A stretch of DNA of 64,000 nt from Macrostomum lignano (GCA_002269645.1 NIVC01000368.1:248001-312000); one strand, 5' to 3'; shown: positions 38,600-51,002, counted from the first letter of the stretch. Translations and numbers: made by a program. The notes: generated by a model from the sequence alone, not told the origin.

Positions 38600-38942
38600 T
38601 CTCGATTTTGCGCACGGTTTGAGAGCCCCAAAACAATGTTAAAAAATAGAAGCAGTCGTGGAATTGTTTTCAAGAATTTGGTTTGCCAAAATTATTTAAA
38701 ACTTTTTGCATGGAAGGCTCCTTTAAATAGTATAAGAGTGCAGCATTCTTCAATTTTTTATAGTAATCTCTCTTCATTACTTTAGCTTCTCTAGAACAGG
38801 AATTAAAGCAACACTTCGGTTTTTGACTCGATATTGACTTCTGATCAATTTTCTCCTCTTTTTCCGTGGAATTCCTGCCCTGCCCGACTTTGAAGTTACG
38901 GCATCGTATTCAGATCACAGCACAAATACTTTGTAGAAATAT
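38600..38942. repeat. ~340-bp dispersed repeat, right copy; direct repeat of 35243-35568
   Basis: Same start and end strings as the left copy. Confidence 0.85.
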
Positions 38943-39055
38943 TATACCAATATTGTTGGGCTGCAGAAGGCAGAAATGAGCTATAACGCCGAGTCGCGTA
39001 GCGCCGAGGAGTGTTAGCTCGTTTCTGCCCGATGCGGCCCATCCATATTAGTGTT
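38942..39055. repeat. Short palindromic MITE-like element; a half-copy lies at 36715-36770
   Basis: GGGCTGCAGAAGGCAGAAATGAGCTA...TAGCTCGTTTCTGCCCGATGCGGCCC. The reverse complement of 38942-38995 matches 36718-36770. Confidence 0.65.
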
Positions 39056-40312
39056 ATAGTTAGCGGGCGTCAAACCGCGTTTCACAGCCCGCTGAGACTG
39101 TCTATGGTAAAATCCCATTTACTCCAATGCATTCAGTTGGTTTCACTCATGGATGAATAATATAACTGGATCGCTAGAAGCTCTATTTTTTTGGTCCTAG
39201 CCATAGACAAGCACCAGCATCACAAGAGGCTCATAATGCCGTACTTTCACACATAGACAAATAGCCGCTGCAGAAGCTGCAAACCTTTATTTATAAGTAT
39301 TCTATTTTATGGACATGCCGTACTTTCACACATAGACAAATAGCCGCTGCAGAAGCTGCAATGGTAGCTATTTGGTAGGATGCGGTTTAAGTCATTTTAA
39401 AGAAGAGACTTGCCGCTTTCAAACGACACCAAAATCCAAATTTATGTCAATGCAGCCTACCAAACGTCCACAACAAATAAAAGTAACACTTACTTTCCGG
39501 ACAGCCCTCGTAGCTGCGGTGTAGTTCCAGATCACCAACCTGCTTTGAGGAGCAAGACCAGGACCAGATTCTATCAACAATTCGTATTTCAACTCTTTTC
39601 CGCGATTTTTATGCCTTTGTCGTCTCCCCATGTTTGTGCCTTCGTGCTTGTGTTTGTTATGTTATTCCTTCTTTTTGGTCACAAGCTCTTTGTACACGTG
39701 GCTCTGTACATTCTATCCTCTGCCCCTGAGAGGTAAATCGTTTTTATTCATAATCGTTATTCTATCGCTGACAATTTATAAATTTAATGCTATATCGATC
39801 ATTGATGCCAATATTTACTCTCGTACTTCGTTTACTTTGTTCGACAATCTTAACCCTTGCTTACATATCAAAAGTTTATATCTGGTCTTCCTCTTATTAA
39901 AAACAATAAAAATTGTGTACTTAAAAAATTAAAACCTCCATTCTCCGTAATGTATTTTTTCGGTAAACTCCCCTCCAAAATATTTTCCAAGAAATTTTGT
40001 TTCCTGTCCGTCTACTTGAGTAGTGCTGACGTGTATACATAATTGTACTTACAGTATGACCCTAATCTTAAAATATACCTTACTTGCTTACACTGTAGAA
40101 GTATCTAAACTAACAATTGCACCCATCAAAACTAATTGAATGGCATCAGAAATGAAAATAAATGCTCTGGCCTTCCATTCCTTCCATTCCTTTTTGAAGC
40201 ATTCAAAATATGTACACAGCTGCAGTTGGCTTTACAGAAATAATGAAGAAATTAAATTCATCGCTGACAGGCTGTCCATAGTCACCTGGTGCCACCTGCT
40301 GAAGGTGCCAAC

Positions 40313-40570
40313 TGTAATGACTCAGAAGTCAGTCTCAATTTTGCAGTGCGAAAACGCTTGGCCCTCCAAGTAGGGCGAGAGCGCCGATATATATTTTTTG
40401 GCTTTAGGTCTCGACCAATCACGTGCGGCCGCGTAGGCATAACAGGCATAAAAAGGGGGGAGGAAAGCCGGGGGTACAGTGTACACAAACTAAGTACAGT
40501 GCGTGAGCACCCCACACTGCTAGGCACCCCGTTTAGCAAAAACAAGCGAGTGCAGGGCTGCGGCATGACA
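40313..40570 (-). repeat. 3' LTR, 258 bp
   Basis: Begins TGTCATG right after the PPT and ends CATTACA (imperfect terminal inverted repeat). Confidence 0.75.
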
Positions 40571-40695
40571 ATTCTCCCCGAGTGGAATAAAAATAATAGG
40601 AATTTGGACTAAAAAAGGAATATTGGAGGCAACATGATTGCCAGAAATAAATAGCGAAGCGCGCACGAAAGTTCGCAAAGAAATCAAACAGTCAG

Positions 40696-43512
40696 TTAGC
40701 GCATGCGCAAATCAGCTTCTTTATAGTTCTTGTCTCCGCCTTTGGCCTGGCGCGGGTGCGGCCGAGCCGCGATCGGCGACTCCACCTCGTCCGAGCTGCC
40801 TGGGATGCCACGCGGCTGCGGCGCCGGCCCGGCTGGCTGGTCTGGTGGTTCTGGCAGCCACTTGACCTGCGTGGCGTGCCTGCGGCAGGTGGTGTCGTCG
40901 CGCTGCATGACCAGCGAGTCGCCGAGCACTTCGGACACGACCCACGGCGTCGACTCGTAGAAGGCGTCGGCCTTTTGTCTGGACTGCAGCCGTCGCAGGA
41001 CGCGGTCTCCTGGCCGAATGTCGTGGTCTGCTGCCTTGGCCCTTTGGTCGGCGTAGTGCTTCATCTTCGCCTTGGACTGCTGGTCCTTGTCCTTGATGGC
41101 TGCTCTCGTCGCGTCCACCGGCTGCGATTGCTGGAGGTTGGGAATCGTGTCGGTGATCTGCCGCCCGAACAGGAGGCTGGCGGGCGCGATCCCAGTAGCG
41201 CTGTGCGGAGTGCGTCTGTACGCGGCCAGGTACTCGTCGATCGCTGCCGTCCAGTCCCTGCCTTCGGCCACGGCCGCACGGATGGCCTTGTTGAGTCCCT
41301 GGTTGCACCTTTCCGTAGCGCCGTTGGCCTGTGGGTACAGCGGAGTGATTCGGTGGTGCCTGGCGCCTTGGTCCGCCAGGAAGCTGCTGAACTCGGCCGA
41401 CGCGTAGGGCGGGCCGTTGTCGGTCGTCACTTTCATCGGCTGCCCGAAGATGCTTAACCAATTCCGCAGCACGCGAATGACTGCGGCGGCGGTGGTGCTG
41501 GACATGACCTCGACCAGTGGGAAGCGCGAGAAGTGATCCGTGCAGACGAGCAGCGACTTGCCGTTGACGGGCCCGAGGAAGTCCATGCCGAGCTCCAGCC
41601 AGGGCGCCGCCGGTAGTTCGGTCGGCTTGAGCGGCGTCCCCTTCGGCGTGGTCTCGCGGGTGCGGGTGCAGATCTGGCAGCTCAGGCAGGCCGCCACGTG
41701 AGACTCGACTGATGCTCGCATGCTGGGCCACCAGACCTTGGCTTGAAGGCGATCCAGCGTCTTTCTGATGCCCTGGTGGCCTTGATGCGCCAGCTGCAGG
41801 CATCGGTAGCGCAGTGCTGTTGGCATGAAGATCTGGCCCTGACGCAGCAGCAGGCCGTCGAGCTCGGACAACTCGTGGGCGACGCCGTGCAGCCCCCTCA
41901 GGTTCGGGTCGCTCTTGTCCCAGCGATGACCGCGGATGCCATGGAGCGCAGCTTGGACTGTGGCATCTTGGTCGGAGGCCGCTTTGATGGTCGCCAGGCT
42001 GATGGACACCGGCGTTGCCGCTTGGACTGCCGTGGCCACGTAGATGGCGTCTTCTTGCTCACCAACGTTGTTGGGTGGCATCGGCAGCGGCTGGCGGCTC
42101 AAAACGTCGGACGGGTTGTTGGCACCGGGCTGGTACACCACCTGGAACACGAGGTCTTGCAGCCGCAGTGCCATTCGCTCGATCCTTGGCGGTGGACGAG
42201 ATCCCGGACTGAACAGCGAGATCAGCGGCTTGTGGTCGGTGATGACCTTGAACTGTCCGCCGCCGCTGAGGTAGTGATGGAATTTCAGTCCGCCGTACTT
42301 CACTGCCAGGGCCTCGCGCTCCGTCTGGGAGTAGCGCTGCTCCGTCGGGCTCAGACTGCGGCTGGCGTAGGCCACCGGCCGTGTCGATCCGTCAGGCTGC
42401 ACCTGGGCCAGGATGGCGCCGACGCCGGTCGGGTTGGCGTCGATGATCAGCTGGGTCTGCAGTTCGCTGTTGAAGAACGCCAGCGCCTGGCTGCTGGAGA
42501 TCGTGCGCTTGATGTCGTTGAAAGTGGCTTCCTGCTGCTCGCCCCAGGTCCACTCGGCGGCTCGCTTCGTCAGCTCCCGCAACGGCCGGGCTCTGTCGGA
42601 CAGGTTGCTGATGAAGCGGGCCACGAAGGTGACGAGGCCCAGGAAGGAGCGGACCTCGGTCGCGTTGGTTGGCCGCTTGAAGCTGCGGACGGCCTCCACC
42701 TTCTCCTTGCTCGGGTGGATGCCGGCGGCCGTGAGGCGCATGGCAAGGAAGTCGACCTCCCGCTGGGCGAATCGACACTTCTTGGCGTTCAGTGTGATGT
42801 TGCTCTCCTTTAGCCGAGCCAGGCAGTCTCGAAGACGCTGATTGTGCTCCTTGATGTCCTTCGCGTACACCAGGATGTCGTCATGCACCCAGCGTACGCC
42901 CGGGAGACCGCTCAGGACGGAGGTCATCACCCGCTGCAGGATCTCCGAGGCGGATGTATAGCCCATGCAGAGACGGCGCAGTCGCAGGAGGCCGATGGGC
43001 GTGGAGAACGTCAGCAGGTCCCTGGACTCCTCGGCGACTTCAATTTGATGGAAGGCTTTGGCGACGTCAAGCTCTGAGAAGTACTCAGACCCGGCCATCT
43101 CATCAGTCACCTCCTCGAATGTCGGGATCGGTTGTTTTTCCGGGACCACGTACATGTACTTGTTGACCTGGCGTAGATCTTGGGTGATGCGCACCTCTCC
43201 CTGCTCGGCCTTCGGGACCGCCACCATCCTGGAGCACCAGGCTGTTGGGCCGTGCATGCGCTCGACGATGCCTTGTGCCAGTTGGTCCTCGAGCTCCTTG
43301 ACAACTGCTGTCCTCAGGTGGACTGGTACGCGGGACGGTGGCTGGCAGACTGGGTTGGCATCTGGCCTCAGCTTGATGGTGACGCTGACTCCCTTGACGC
43401 ATCCGATGCCTTGGAAGCGGTCGCTGAAGCCTGCCAGGATGCTCTGGAGCTGCAGTTGCTTGGGCAGATGACGGTCCTCGCAGTCCGCTGGCTTGGCCAG
43501 GCTGGCCACCAT
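40696..43512 (-). CDS. pol: Gypsy Pol (RT-RNase H-integrase), 938 aa, uninterrupted
   Basis: ORF track and the motifs above; in frame with the gag-PR ORF across a single TAA at 43519-43521. Confidence 0.9.
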   Translation of the reverse strand: MVASLAKPADCEDRHLPKQLQLQSILAGFSDRFQGIGCVKGVSVTIKLRPDANPVCQPPSRVPVHLRTAVVKELEDQLAQGIVERMHGPTAWCSRMVAVPKAEQGEVRITQDLRQVNKYMYVVPEKQPIPTFEEVTDEMAGSEYFSELDVAKAFHQIEVAEESRDLLTFSTPIGLLRLRRLCMGYTSASEILQRVMTSVLSGLPGVRWVHDDILVYAKDIKEHNQRLRDCLARLKESNITLNAKKCRFAQREVDFLAMRLTAAGIHPSKEKVEAVRSFKRPTNATEVRSFLGLVTFVARFISNLSDRARPLRELTKRAAEWTWGEQQEATFNDIKRTISSSQALAFFNSELQTQLIIDANPTGVGAILAQVQPDGSTRPVAYASRSLSPTEQRYSQTEREALAVKYGGLKFHHYLSGGGQFKVITDHKPLISLFSPGSRPPPRIERMALRLQDLVFQVVYQPGANNPSDVLSRQPLPMPPNNVGEQEDAIYVATAVQAATPVSISLATIKAASDQDATVQAALHGIRGHRWDKSDPNLRGLHGVAHELSELDGLLLRQGQIFMPTALRYRCLQLAHQGHQGIRKTLDRLQAKVWWPSMRASVESHVAACLSCQICTRTRETTPKGTPLKPTELPAAPWLELGMDFLGPVNGKSLLVCTDHFSRFPLVEVMSSTTAAAVIRVLRNWLSIFGQPMKVTTDNGPPYASAEFSSFLADQGARHHRITPLYPQANGATERCNQGLNKAIRAAVAEGRDWTAAIDEYLAAYRRTPHSATGIAPASLLFGRQITDTIPNLQQSQPVDATRAAIKDKDQQSKAKMKHYADQRAKAADHDIRPGDRVLRRLQSRQKADAFYESTPWVVSEVLGDSLVMQRDDTTCRRHATQVKWLPEPPDQPAGPAPQPRGIPGSSDEVESPIAARPHPRQAKGGDKNYKEADLRMR

Positions 43513-45452
43513 CGCAGATTATTTTCCGACGTCTGGACCAACCCTCAGCATGCCGAGTTTGGTGCTGGACGCTCTGCCGAGTATCGGAGTGCAGCTGCTG
43601 TTGATGATGATAAAGGTGGCCTCCAACTCGCGGTGGTTTGCACTGACTGGTAGCTTGATCTGGCCCGCCACCTCCAGCGGTTCGCTGGCGCCGAGTGCGA
43701 AGACTCTGGTGTTGGACGGTGTCAGCGGCGTGCCAGGGCGGCAGACTCTGCAGAACGTCGCCTTGTCCAGAACGTTGCAGCTTGCCCCGCTGTCAATAAG
43801 GGTGCGGGTTTGCTGTCCGTTGATGTTGATGCTGAATTTGGCTCCGTCATCTTTGGCGCTGAGGGTGCAGAACACTTTGCTCACCGACTGGTCGGCTGGC
43901 TGATCTTGCTCTGGCTGCAGTGCGTTGATCTTTGAGCGGCCGCTGAGGCAAGCCTTGGCCAGATGATTCATTTTGCCGCAGCTGCTGCACCGCCTGCCTT
44001 GGCGTCCGGGTGATGACGGAATGCTTGAGAGACTAGCTGAGGATGTGCAGCAGTTGAGGTATGCCCACTGTCGAGGCTTGATCAGCGAAACTTGAGAAAT
44101 TCGCACCAGGGTTTTCATAGTCACCTGGTACCACCTGTTGAAGGTCCAGAAGCTCCGTCTCGGTGAAGGCCAGTGACTAACGAAGTCAGAGATGATGCAG
44201 ACACATGTGGTCGACGTGCTGATGAAATTTGGAGGCTTGGCAAGGCTGCAGTGAGGCGCAGTGCTGACTGGGGTGTACTGAATACACTAGCGCTTATGGG
44301 AAAATTCAGACCTTCTAGCAGAATCGTCGAATATCTCGACGGTCCTGAGTGCTGGCGACTTGATTCATGTTTGAGAAGGTGCGCAACTAGAATTTGGTAA
44401 GTGCTCTTGAATTTCGTGCGCCTGTGTTGCTCCAGTTTGGTGCAGCAAAAATTGTCAGTGGGGATTCCCCCATCTTGGTAGTTCAACGGGCGGCAAATGG
44501 CTTGTTGTTCCTTTAAGGACCACTGTAATGCAATTGTTGTACTATAGCGGTCCTTGGCCTTAATTTTGAGCCCAAATGTTGATACCTCTAAAGCAGAAAC
44601 GGACCTTTTGTTGTTGATATTCTTTTTTATTTCTGTAATTCATGATTAGCTTTACCTATGTTACTTACTTACCTACGTAGAAGTCGTTTGTAGCATTTCC
44701 AATCCGGTTCTATAGTGTTGCTAAATATATATACATTTATTTAACAGTTACACTTGTATATAGTACGGTTTAGAAAACAGTATAAATACAATACATGTGC
44801 TCCGAAGCTTTGTCAGGAATTCATAATCAACTTTAATGTACCCCGAGGAGCGCCCCCCTCTCAGCCCCGGCCTGAGCGACATCATTTCGATGGAAGTCAT
44901 TGGTTGCCAGGGGCTAGCGAAATGGGCGATCCTCTCCGCCCACACGCTGTGTCAAGTCAATGGCACTACATGTACTGTATATCCCAGGCAGTACCATATT
45001 CTTTGAGAAATTATTCCCAAAATTATTCAAACAAAAAGACCCAAAACCGATTAAAATTCTGTTTAATCGCCTTTTTGCCACGAGAGCAGTGAAGTAGGGT
45101 CTGTTCTTAAAGGCTCAGACCCACCTCACACTGGCTTACACTGAGCTTAAACTACTTATAAACGAGCACATTTCGACTCATTCAAGGTCTCTTCCTTTCT
45201 TCTCTGTCTCTCTCTGTCTCTCTGTCTCCCTATCTACTCTTCAATAAGCTCAACCAGTCCTGACCTATTGTGCGATGTGCTACGCTTGTGCTGCGCTTTG
45301 CGTTACCACCTACCTTGCAGTGCAGACATTTTATCTTAGCTCCAGCCAATCAGTCATTTATACAGCTCCTTCTCAGTGCAGAATTGCACATTGCAATTGC
45401 TCTTTACTCCAGCCGTCTCTCTCTCCCACTCCTCGCCGCTCTCTTCTCTTAT

Positions 45453-45467
45453 GTCGTCATTGACAAC
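45453..45467. promoter_or_regulatory. X-box-like element ~270 bp upstream of the DCX gene ATG
   Basis: GTCGTCATTGACAAC resembles GTNRYC-N(0-3)-RRYAAC. Confidence 0.3.
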
Positions 45468-45735
45468 GGCAATTTAAATTGCGCGCGAATTCAGTTTTCT
45501 ATGCGCGATCTTTATAAAAATTATATACTCGTAATACGAGAAAATCTTATACACTGACTTGTTGGACTCTTTAGCTTAGACTTTAAAAAACACTTAACTG
45601 ATTATCTACACTTTCTTATCTTAAGATATTTGAATATCAACTTATTTACTTCGAATATTAAAGACGCTATGCAAGTTTTGGTAGCTTAAAAACTAAGTAG
45701 CTTCAACTAATATTTCTTCAAATAATCAACTTCTG

Positions 45736-48587
45736 ATGGCGACAGCGCATCAAGCTGACAATTATCAACCAGCTGCTGCTGACACTGCTCATGCCGCTGA
45801 GCAAAATGGAGGTCAGCACGCCGATCCAGCTGGTGGCTATGGAGGTGGCGGTAGTGGCGGCACCCAACGGGACAACGCTGGCTCCTCATCCACGGCCAGC
45901 TCGCGGAGCTCCACCAGCAGCGTCAAGAGCGTCTATCTGTACCGAAACGGTGACGTGTTCGCCCCGTCGAAGAAGCTTGTGCTGAACCCGCGCCAAACTC
46001 GCGACTGGGACGTGTTTCTTGAACAGGCAACTCATTCGGTGAATCCTCTGAGAGGTGCCGTGAGAACTGTCGTCACGCCGAGGAGGGGTCGGCGCAAAGT
46101 GGCTGACCTGGACTCTCTCGAGGACAAGGGGCACTATGTGGTCTTGGCTAGAGGCGAGAGGTTCAAGCCGATGCCGTGAGTATAGCTGTGCTGCTCCCGC
46201 ACCTGCTCATTTAGTCAGACACTCACTCCTTCAAGTCAGTCAGTCAGTCAGACACTCACTCCTTCAAGTCAGTCAGTCAGACACTCACTCCTTCAAGTCA
46301 GTCAGTCAGACACTCACTCCTTCAAGTCAGTCAGTCAGTCAGACACTCACTCCTTCAAGTCAGTCAGTCAGTCAGTCAGTCAGTCAGTCAGTCAGTCAGT
46401 CAGTCAGTCAGTCAGTCAGTCAGTCAGTCAGTCAGTCAGTCAGTCAGTCAGTCAGTCAGTCAGTCAGTCAGTCAGTCAGTCAGTCAGTCAGTCAGTCAGT
46501 CAGTCAATCAGTCAGTCAGTCAGTCACTCACTCACTCACTCAAGTCAGTCAGTCAGTCAGTCAATCATACTCAATCGCAGGTACGTACCCGAGGATGAGA
46601 CAGGCGCAGGTCACGGCGGTCCGGAGACGGCGCGGGACCACTCGCCAACAGGCGTCAGCCCTCGCCGCAATCTGGCTAACAACAGAGTCGTACTGGAGCC
46701 GGTAAGAAATTGACTGCACTATATAAATTTGCTGTTTAAAGCTTCCATATATCTCTGCTATTCATTCCCCCAGATTCGACCAGTTTTTCACAACAGAAAG
46801 CTGATGTCAACCCAGGCCCGATTCAATGCTCAAATAGACGTTATCAGTACTCAGTCTAAGTCTATCCGGTAAGTACTGAAAATCACCTTATGTGGCAATA
46901 GAATCACGACAATCGTATTGTATTAAATCCGGAAAATTCGCGATTTTCTACTATTCAGAGTCTACCGAAATGGTGACGAGTTCACCCCGGCTATTGTCGT
47001 ACTGCTCAAGCCCAGCGAGCAGGCTTCCATTGATTCCGTGCTCAAAGCTGTCGAAGAGCGAGTAGTGCTACCATCGAATCGAGCAATTAGAAAGTGAGCA
47101 CCTTTGAGTACCTCAGATCAGTGTGTATAGGAAAATCAGTTTTAGAGTGTAGCTAAAAGTCACTGAACTAAACCATTCAGACTCTACGACATCAGCGGCC
47201 GGCGTATTTGGAAGCCGGAGTACATCGAGCACGAGAAGTATTACGTGGCGGCTGGTCACGAGCCGTTTCTGAGCCGGCCTTACGGGCAGAAACTGCCAGT
47301 GCTGATTGTTGGCAAGGCTGATCGCAGGTGAGATTGAGTTTTGTGATTTTCCTGCAACGGTTCTATGAAAAACACTTTGGGAACAATGAAAAACACATCC
47401 CACGCACATACCAGATCCCAAACACATCTCAGATCCCACCACCCATAGATCCCACCCATCTATCAGATCCCACCATCGATCAGATCCCAATCACACATCA
47501 GATCCCACCCATCCATTAACTTCCACCCACACATCAGATCCCACCCACACATCAGATCCCACCCACACATCAGATCCCACCCATCCATCAGATCCCACCC
47601 ACCCATCAACTCCCACCTACCCATCAGATCCCACCCACACATCAGATCCAACCCACTCATAGATCCCACCCATCCATCAACTCCCACCTACCCATCAGAT
47701 CCCACCCACACATCAGATCCAACCCACTCATAGATCCCACCCACCCATCAACTCCCACCTACCCATCAGATCCCACCCACACATCAGATCCAACCCACTC
47801 ATAGATCCCACCCATCCATCAACTCCCACCCATCCATCAGATCCCACCCACACATCAGATCCAACCCACTCATAGATCCCACCCATCCATCAACTCCCAC
47901 CCATCCATCAGATCCCACCCACACATCAGATCCAACCCACTCATAGATCCCACCCATCCATCAACTCCCACCTACCCATCAGATCCCACCCACTCATAGA
48001 TCCCACCCACCCATCAACTCCCACCTACCCATCAGATCCAACCCACTCATAGATCCCACCCATCCATCAACTCCCACCTACCCATCAGATCCCACCCACT
48101 CATAGATCCCACCCACCCATCAACTCCCACCTACCCATCAGATCCCACCCACACATCAGATCCAACCCACTCATAGATCCCACCCATCCATCAACTCCCA
48201 CCCATCCATCAGATCCCACCACCTTAAATGCACAACTGCAAGCTGGTTATTGTATACTAATAAAATTTATGTCTGTTAATCGGATGTCTGACGTTCACAA
48301 TTTGTAAAACTCTCGTGAACATTTATTCACCGCCACGTCCAGTCAGTATTCAAGTAAGTACCTGAGAAGATGGCAGATGAAACTGCTCAACATTAGCAGT
48401 CCGCTTACAGATCTCAGCTGTATAAATGCGTGAGTGGTAGTCGAATAGCTAAATAGGCAATTCGTCTACAAAAACATATCTTAGTGAGACCTCGGTTAGA
48501 TATTTATTGCATATTATATCATCAAATTCACTGTCTGGTACAGCAGGGCTATTCATTTATGCTGGCTAGTTAGTCCTTATCTGTTTA

Positions 48588-48646
<59 letters not shown>

Positions 48647-48681
48647 TTCTGTCTGTCTGTCTGTCTGTCTGTCTGTCAGAG

Positions 48682-48728
<47 letters not shown>

Positions 48729-49707
48729 TGTGTTGTGTTGTGTTCTGAAAAAAACGTCATGCACACGGAGGCTGTATGACCTAAGATTTTGCACTGAAAC
48801 CTTTATTATTTTGCACTGACTTAGTATGAAGCGGAGTACAATGAGAAGCCATCAGATATTCAAGATTAACCTTGATTGCCTTGGTTGCCCCCTGGTGGGC
48901 AGTCAATGAATTATTAATTTTCATGCGAACTTGCATCTCCCGTGCAGCTCTGGTCTGCTAGGGACATTATTTATGCTTTTACGACTTCGTACGTAAGCTT
49001 GACCCAGTTGGCGTTGCCATGGTTGCGAAAAAGCACGCGCTTCAATGTTTTGTATATAAAGTTGTTAATTTCATTGCATGGTTTCTATGAAGATGTTAAT
49101 GAAATTTAACCCACCCCCTGCTGTGTTTAAAAAAATATTGCTACAGCGAAATTCACGCTTGGTAAAGGAAATTTCGTACTTCATCTTTACTTGGCTTTAA
49201 AAGTAGTGCTTGCATTTTTTTAAATTTTTAAAAATGTTTTTTTCATCTTCCTCAAAGACCTCGACGTCAGAAACTATATGTTAGAAGCCTGCCTTCAACA
49301 TCATGCATTACTAACAGTAGCTAGTTGCCAACTGGCTTGTTTTTCGTACTTTCGTGCATGGTATTATGCATTTTACTAAAACATTTCGAACTGTTACGTT
49401 AAAATACTAATTCATGGATAATTACATAATTTTCGATGTTCTCAACAACACCGCGCAGGTCCACTATCAAGTACTTGGCTCAGCCAATCACACCTGCCAA
49501 GGATTCTTCAAGAAGGTAAGAGTTACACAAGGACGTTGGTAACCAACAAGTTTTGAAATGTATGAAGATCTTAAACTAAGAATTCTGTGGCTTCAAAATA
49601 GTTAAAGTAGCTATAACGAACATACATACTTTGAATTCTTAGCTCATTGCTTCGGCATCTTACAAAAAACATATTTTAGACCAAAGGACAATCAACAACA
49701 ACAACAA

Positions 49708-49738
<31 letters not shown>

Positions 49739-50798
49739 CAGCGAAGCAACAACAGTCTCAAGCTAAAAAGCCAACTAAGGTAATCAAAAACCGTTTACTT
49801 GATTGTAGTACTGAGTGTACATTTTTAACGCTGAGCAAGGGGCGAATTCAGTAGCTCAGTTGTGCTCAAGTTGTCTAACTGTCGCACCAGTGTATAAGCT
49901 TTGAGTTGGAATCCGTGCACGGCATGAATTATTTTCATTAATTTCGGGCAGGGCACGAGCAAATTCGCCTTGTGCACGTCTTGTGCACGTCTCAGGACAT
50001 GAGCGAATCGGGCCATGACTGCGTCATACTTCAGTTCCTGTTATTTTTCGTAAAGTTGAAGAGGTCGACTCAATCTTTATTCAAATACCGACTCGCAGAG
50101 TTCGAACAATTTCCAAGCATTTGACGACGATTCAACCGGCAATGAATCAGATGCTGATGCTGAGCAGCGATCAGCATCTCATGTTGACCTGCGGCTTCAT
50201 CATGATGATGAGGCTGAATCGCACTCACATTGGCCCAACAATGATCAGGTCTTGCTATTGTATTTTAGCCTTGTTGTGGCTCTTTCCGTATCTAGAAGCG
50301 AACAAATTAGCATTTTTGTTCACCACTTTGACACTAATTTAAAGTTGATTTTTTTACCAAACTATTGAATATAAGTCGAAATGAAATTTCCTTAGATTTG
50401 TTGTTCTATCGTAGACATGCCAAGTTATCGTTTCTTATGTAGCATGATCACTCAAAATGCACTTAAATTACATATCATAATCGTTGTTGTGCATTGATGT
50501 CGCACTCAAATGTCATGGCAACAAAACGTTACTCACCCATAGCACGAAATAAAAGCTGTTAAATATCCTCACCTCAGGCTGAGAAAGAGCAGGCCGCTAG
50601 CCAGATACAATCGAGTGTCAAAGGCTTCAAGACTAGGAAGACCGCTGCCGAGAAGCAGACTGCTCAACCCGTGCAGATCCAGTCGGATAAAAACAATTCG
50701 AAGGCTAATCAGCCCCCAAAGAAGCCGCAGCAGCAGAAGCAGCAACAGCAACAGCAGCAGCAGCAACAGCAGCAGCAGAAGCAGCAACAGTCGCAACC

Positions 50799-50835
<37 letters not shown>

Positions 50836-51002
50836 CAGAAGCCAGTCCAGGCAGCCAGCACAGGGGAAAAGGACAAAGCTGCCACAACAATCCAGAGCAG
50901 CATTCGAGGCTTCGATACAAGAAAGGCCGCGGCTCAGAAGGTGACCCAAAGACCGGTGGAAGTGAAGCCAGACCAGAGCAACTCCAAGGCCAACAAGCAG
51001 CC

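Larger units (their letters stand above)
40313..44010 (-). mobile_element. Gypsy LTR retrotransposon, 5'-truncated in gag: zinc knuckle, protease, RT, RNase H, integrase, PPT, 3' LTR
   Basis: CSSCGKMNHLAKAC; LIDSGASCN; RT (YFSELDVAKAFHQ, WVHDD); RNase H (IIDANPTG, YSQTEREALA, TDHKPL); IN HHCC plus D-D-E (MDFLGP, TDNGPPY, NGATER). PPT GGGGAGAA at 40572-40579. Confidence 0.95.

Noticed and set aside
39236-39361. 46-bp direct duplication
   Set aside because: A simple local duplication with no further structure.
40721-43653. Long overlapping ORFs (360, 356, 233 aa and others) around pol
   Set aside because: Shadow frames of a GC-rich coding sequence with no domain motifs.
49010-49026. X-box-like GTTGCCATGGTTGC
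   Set aside because: Only one good half-site, and it is deep in an intron.
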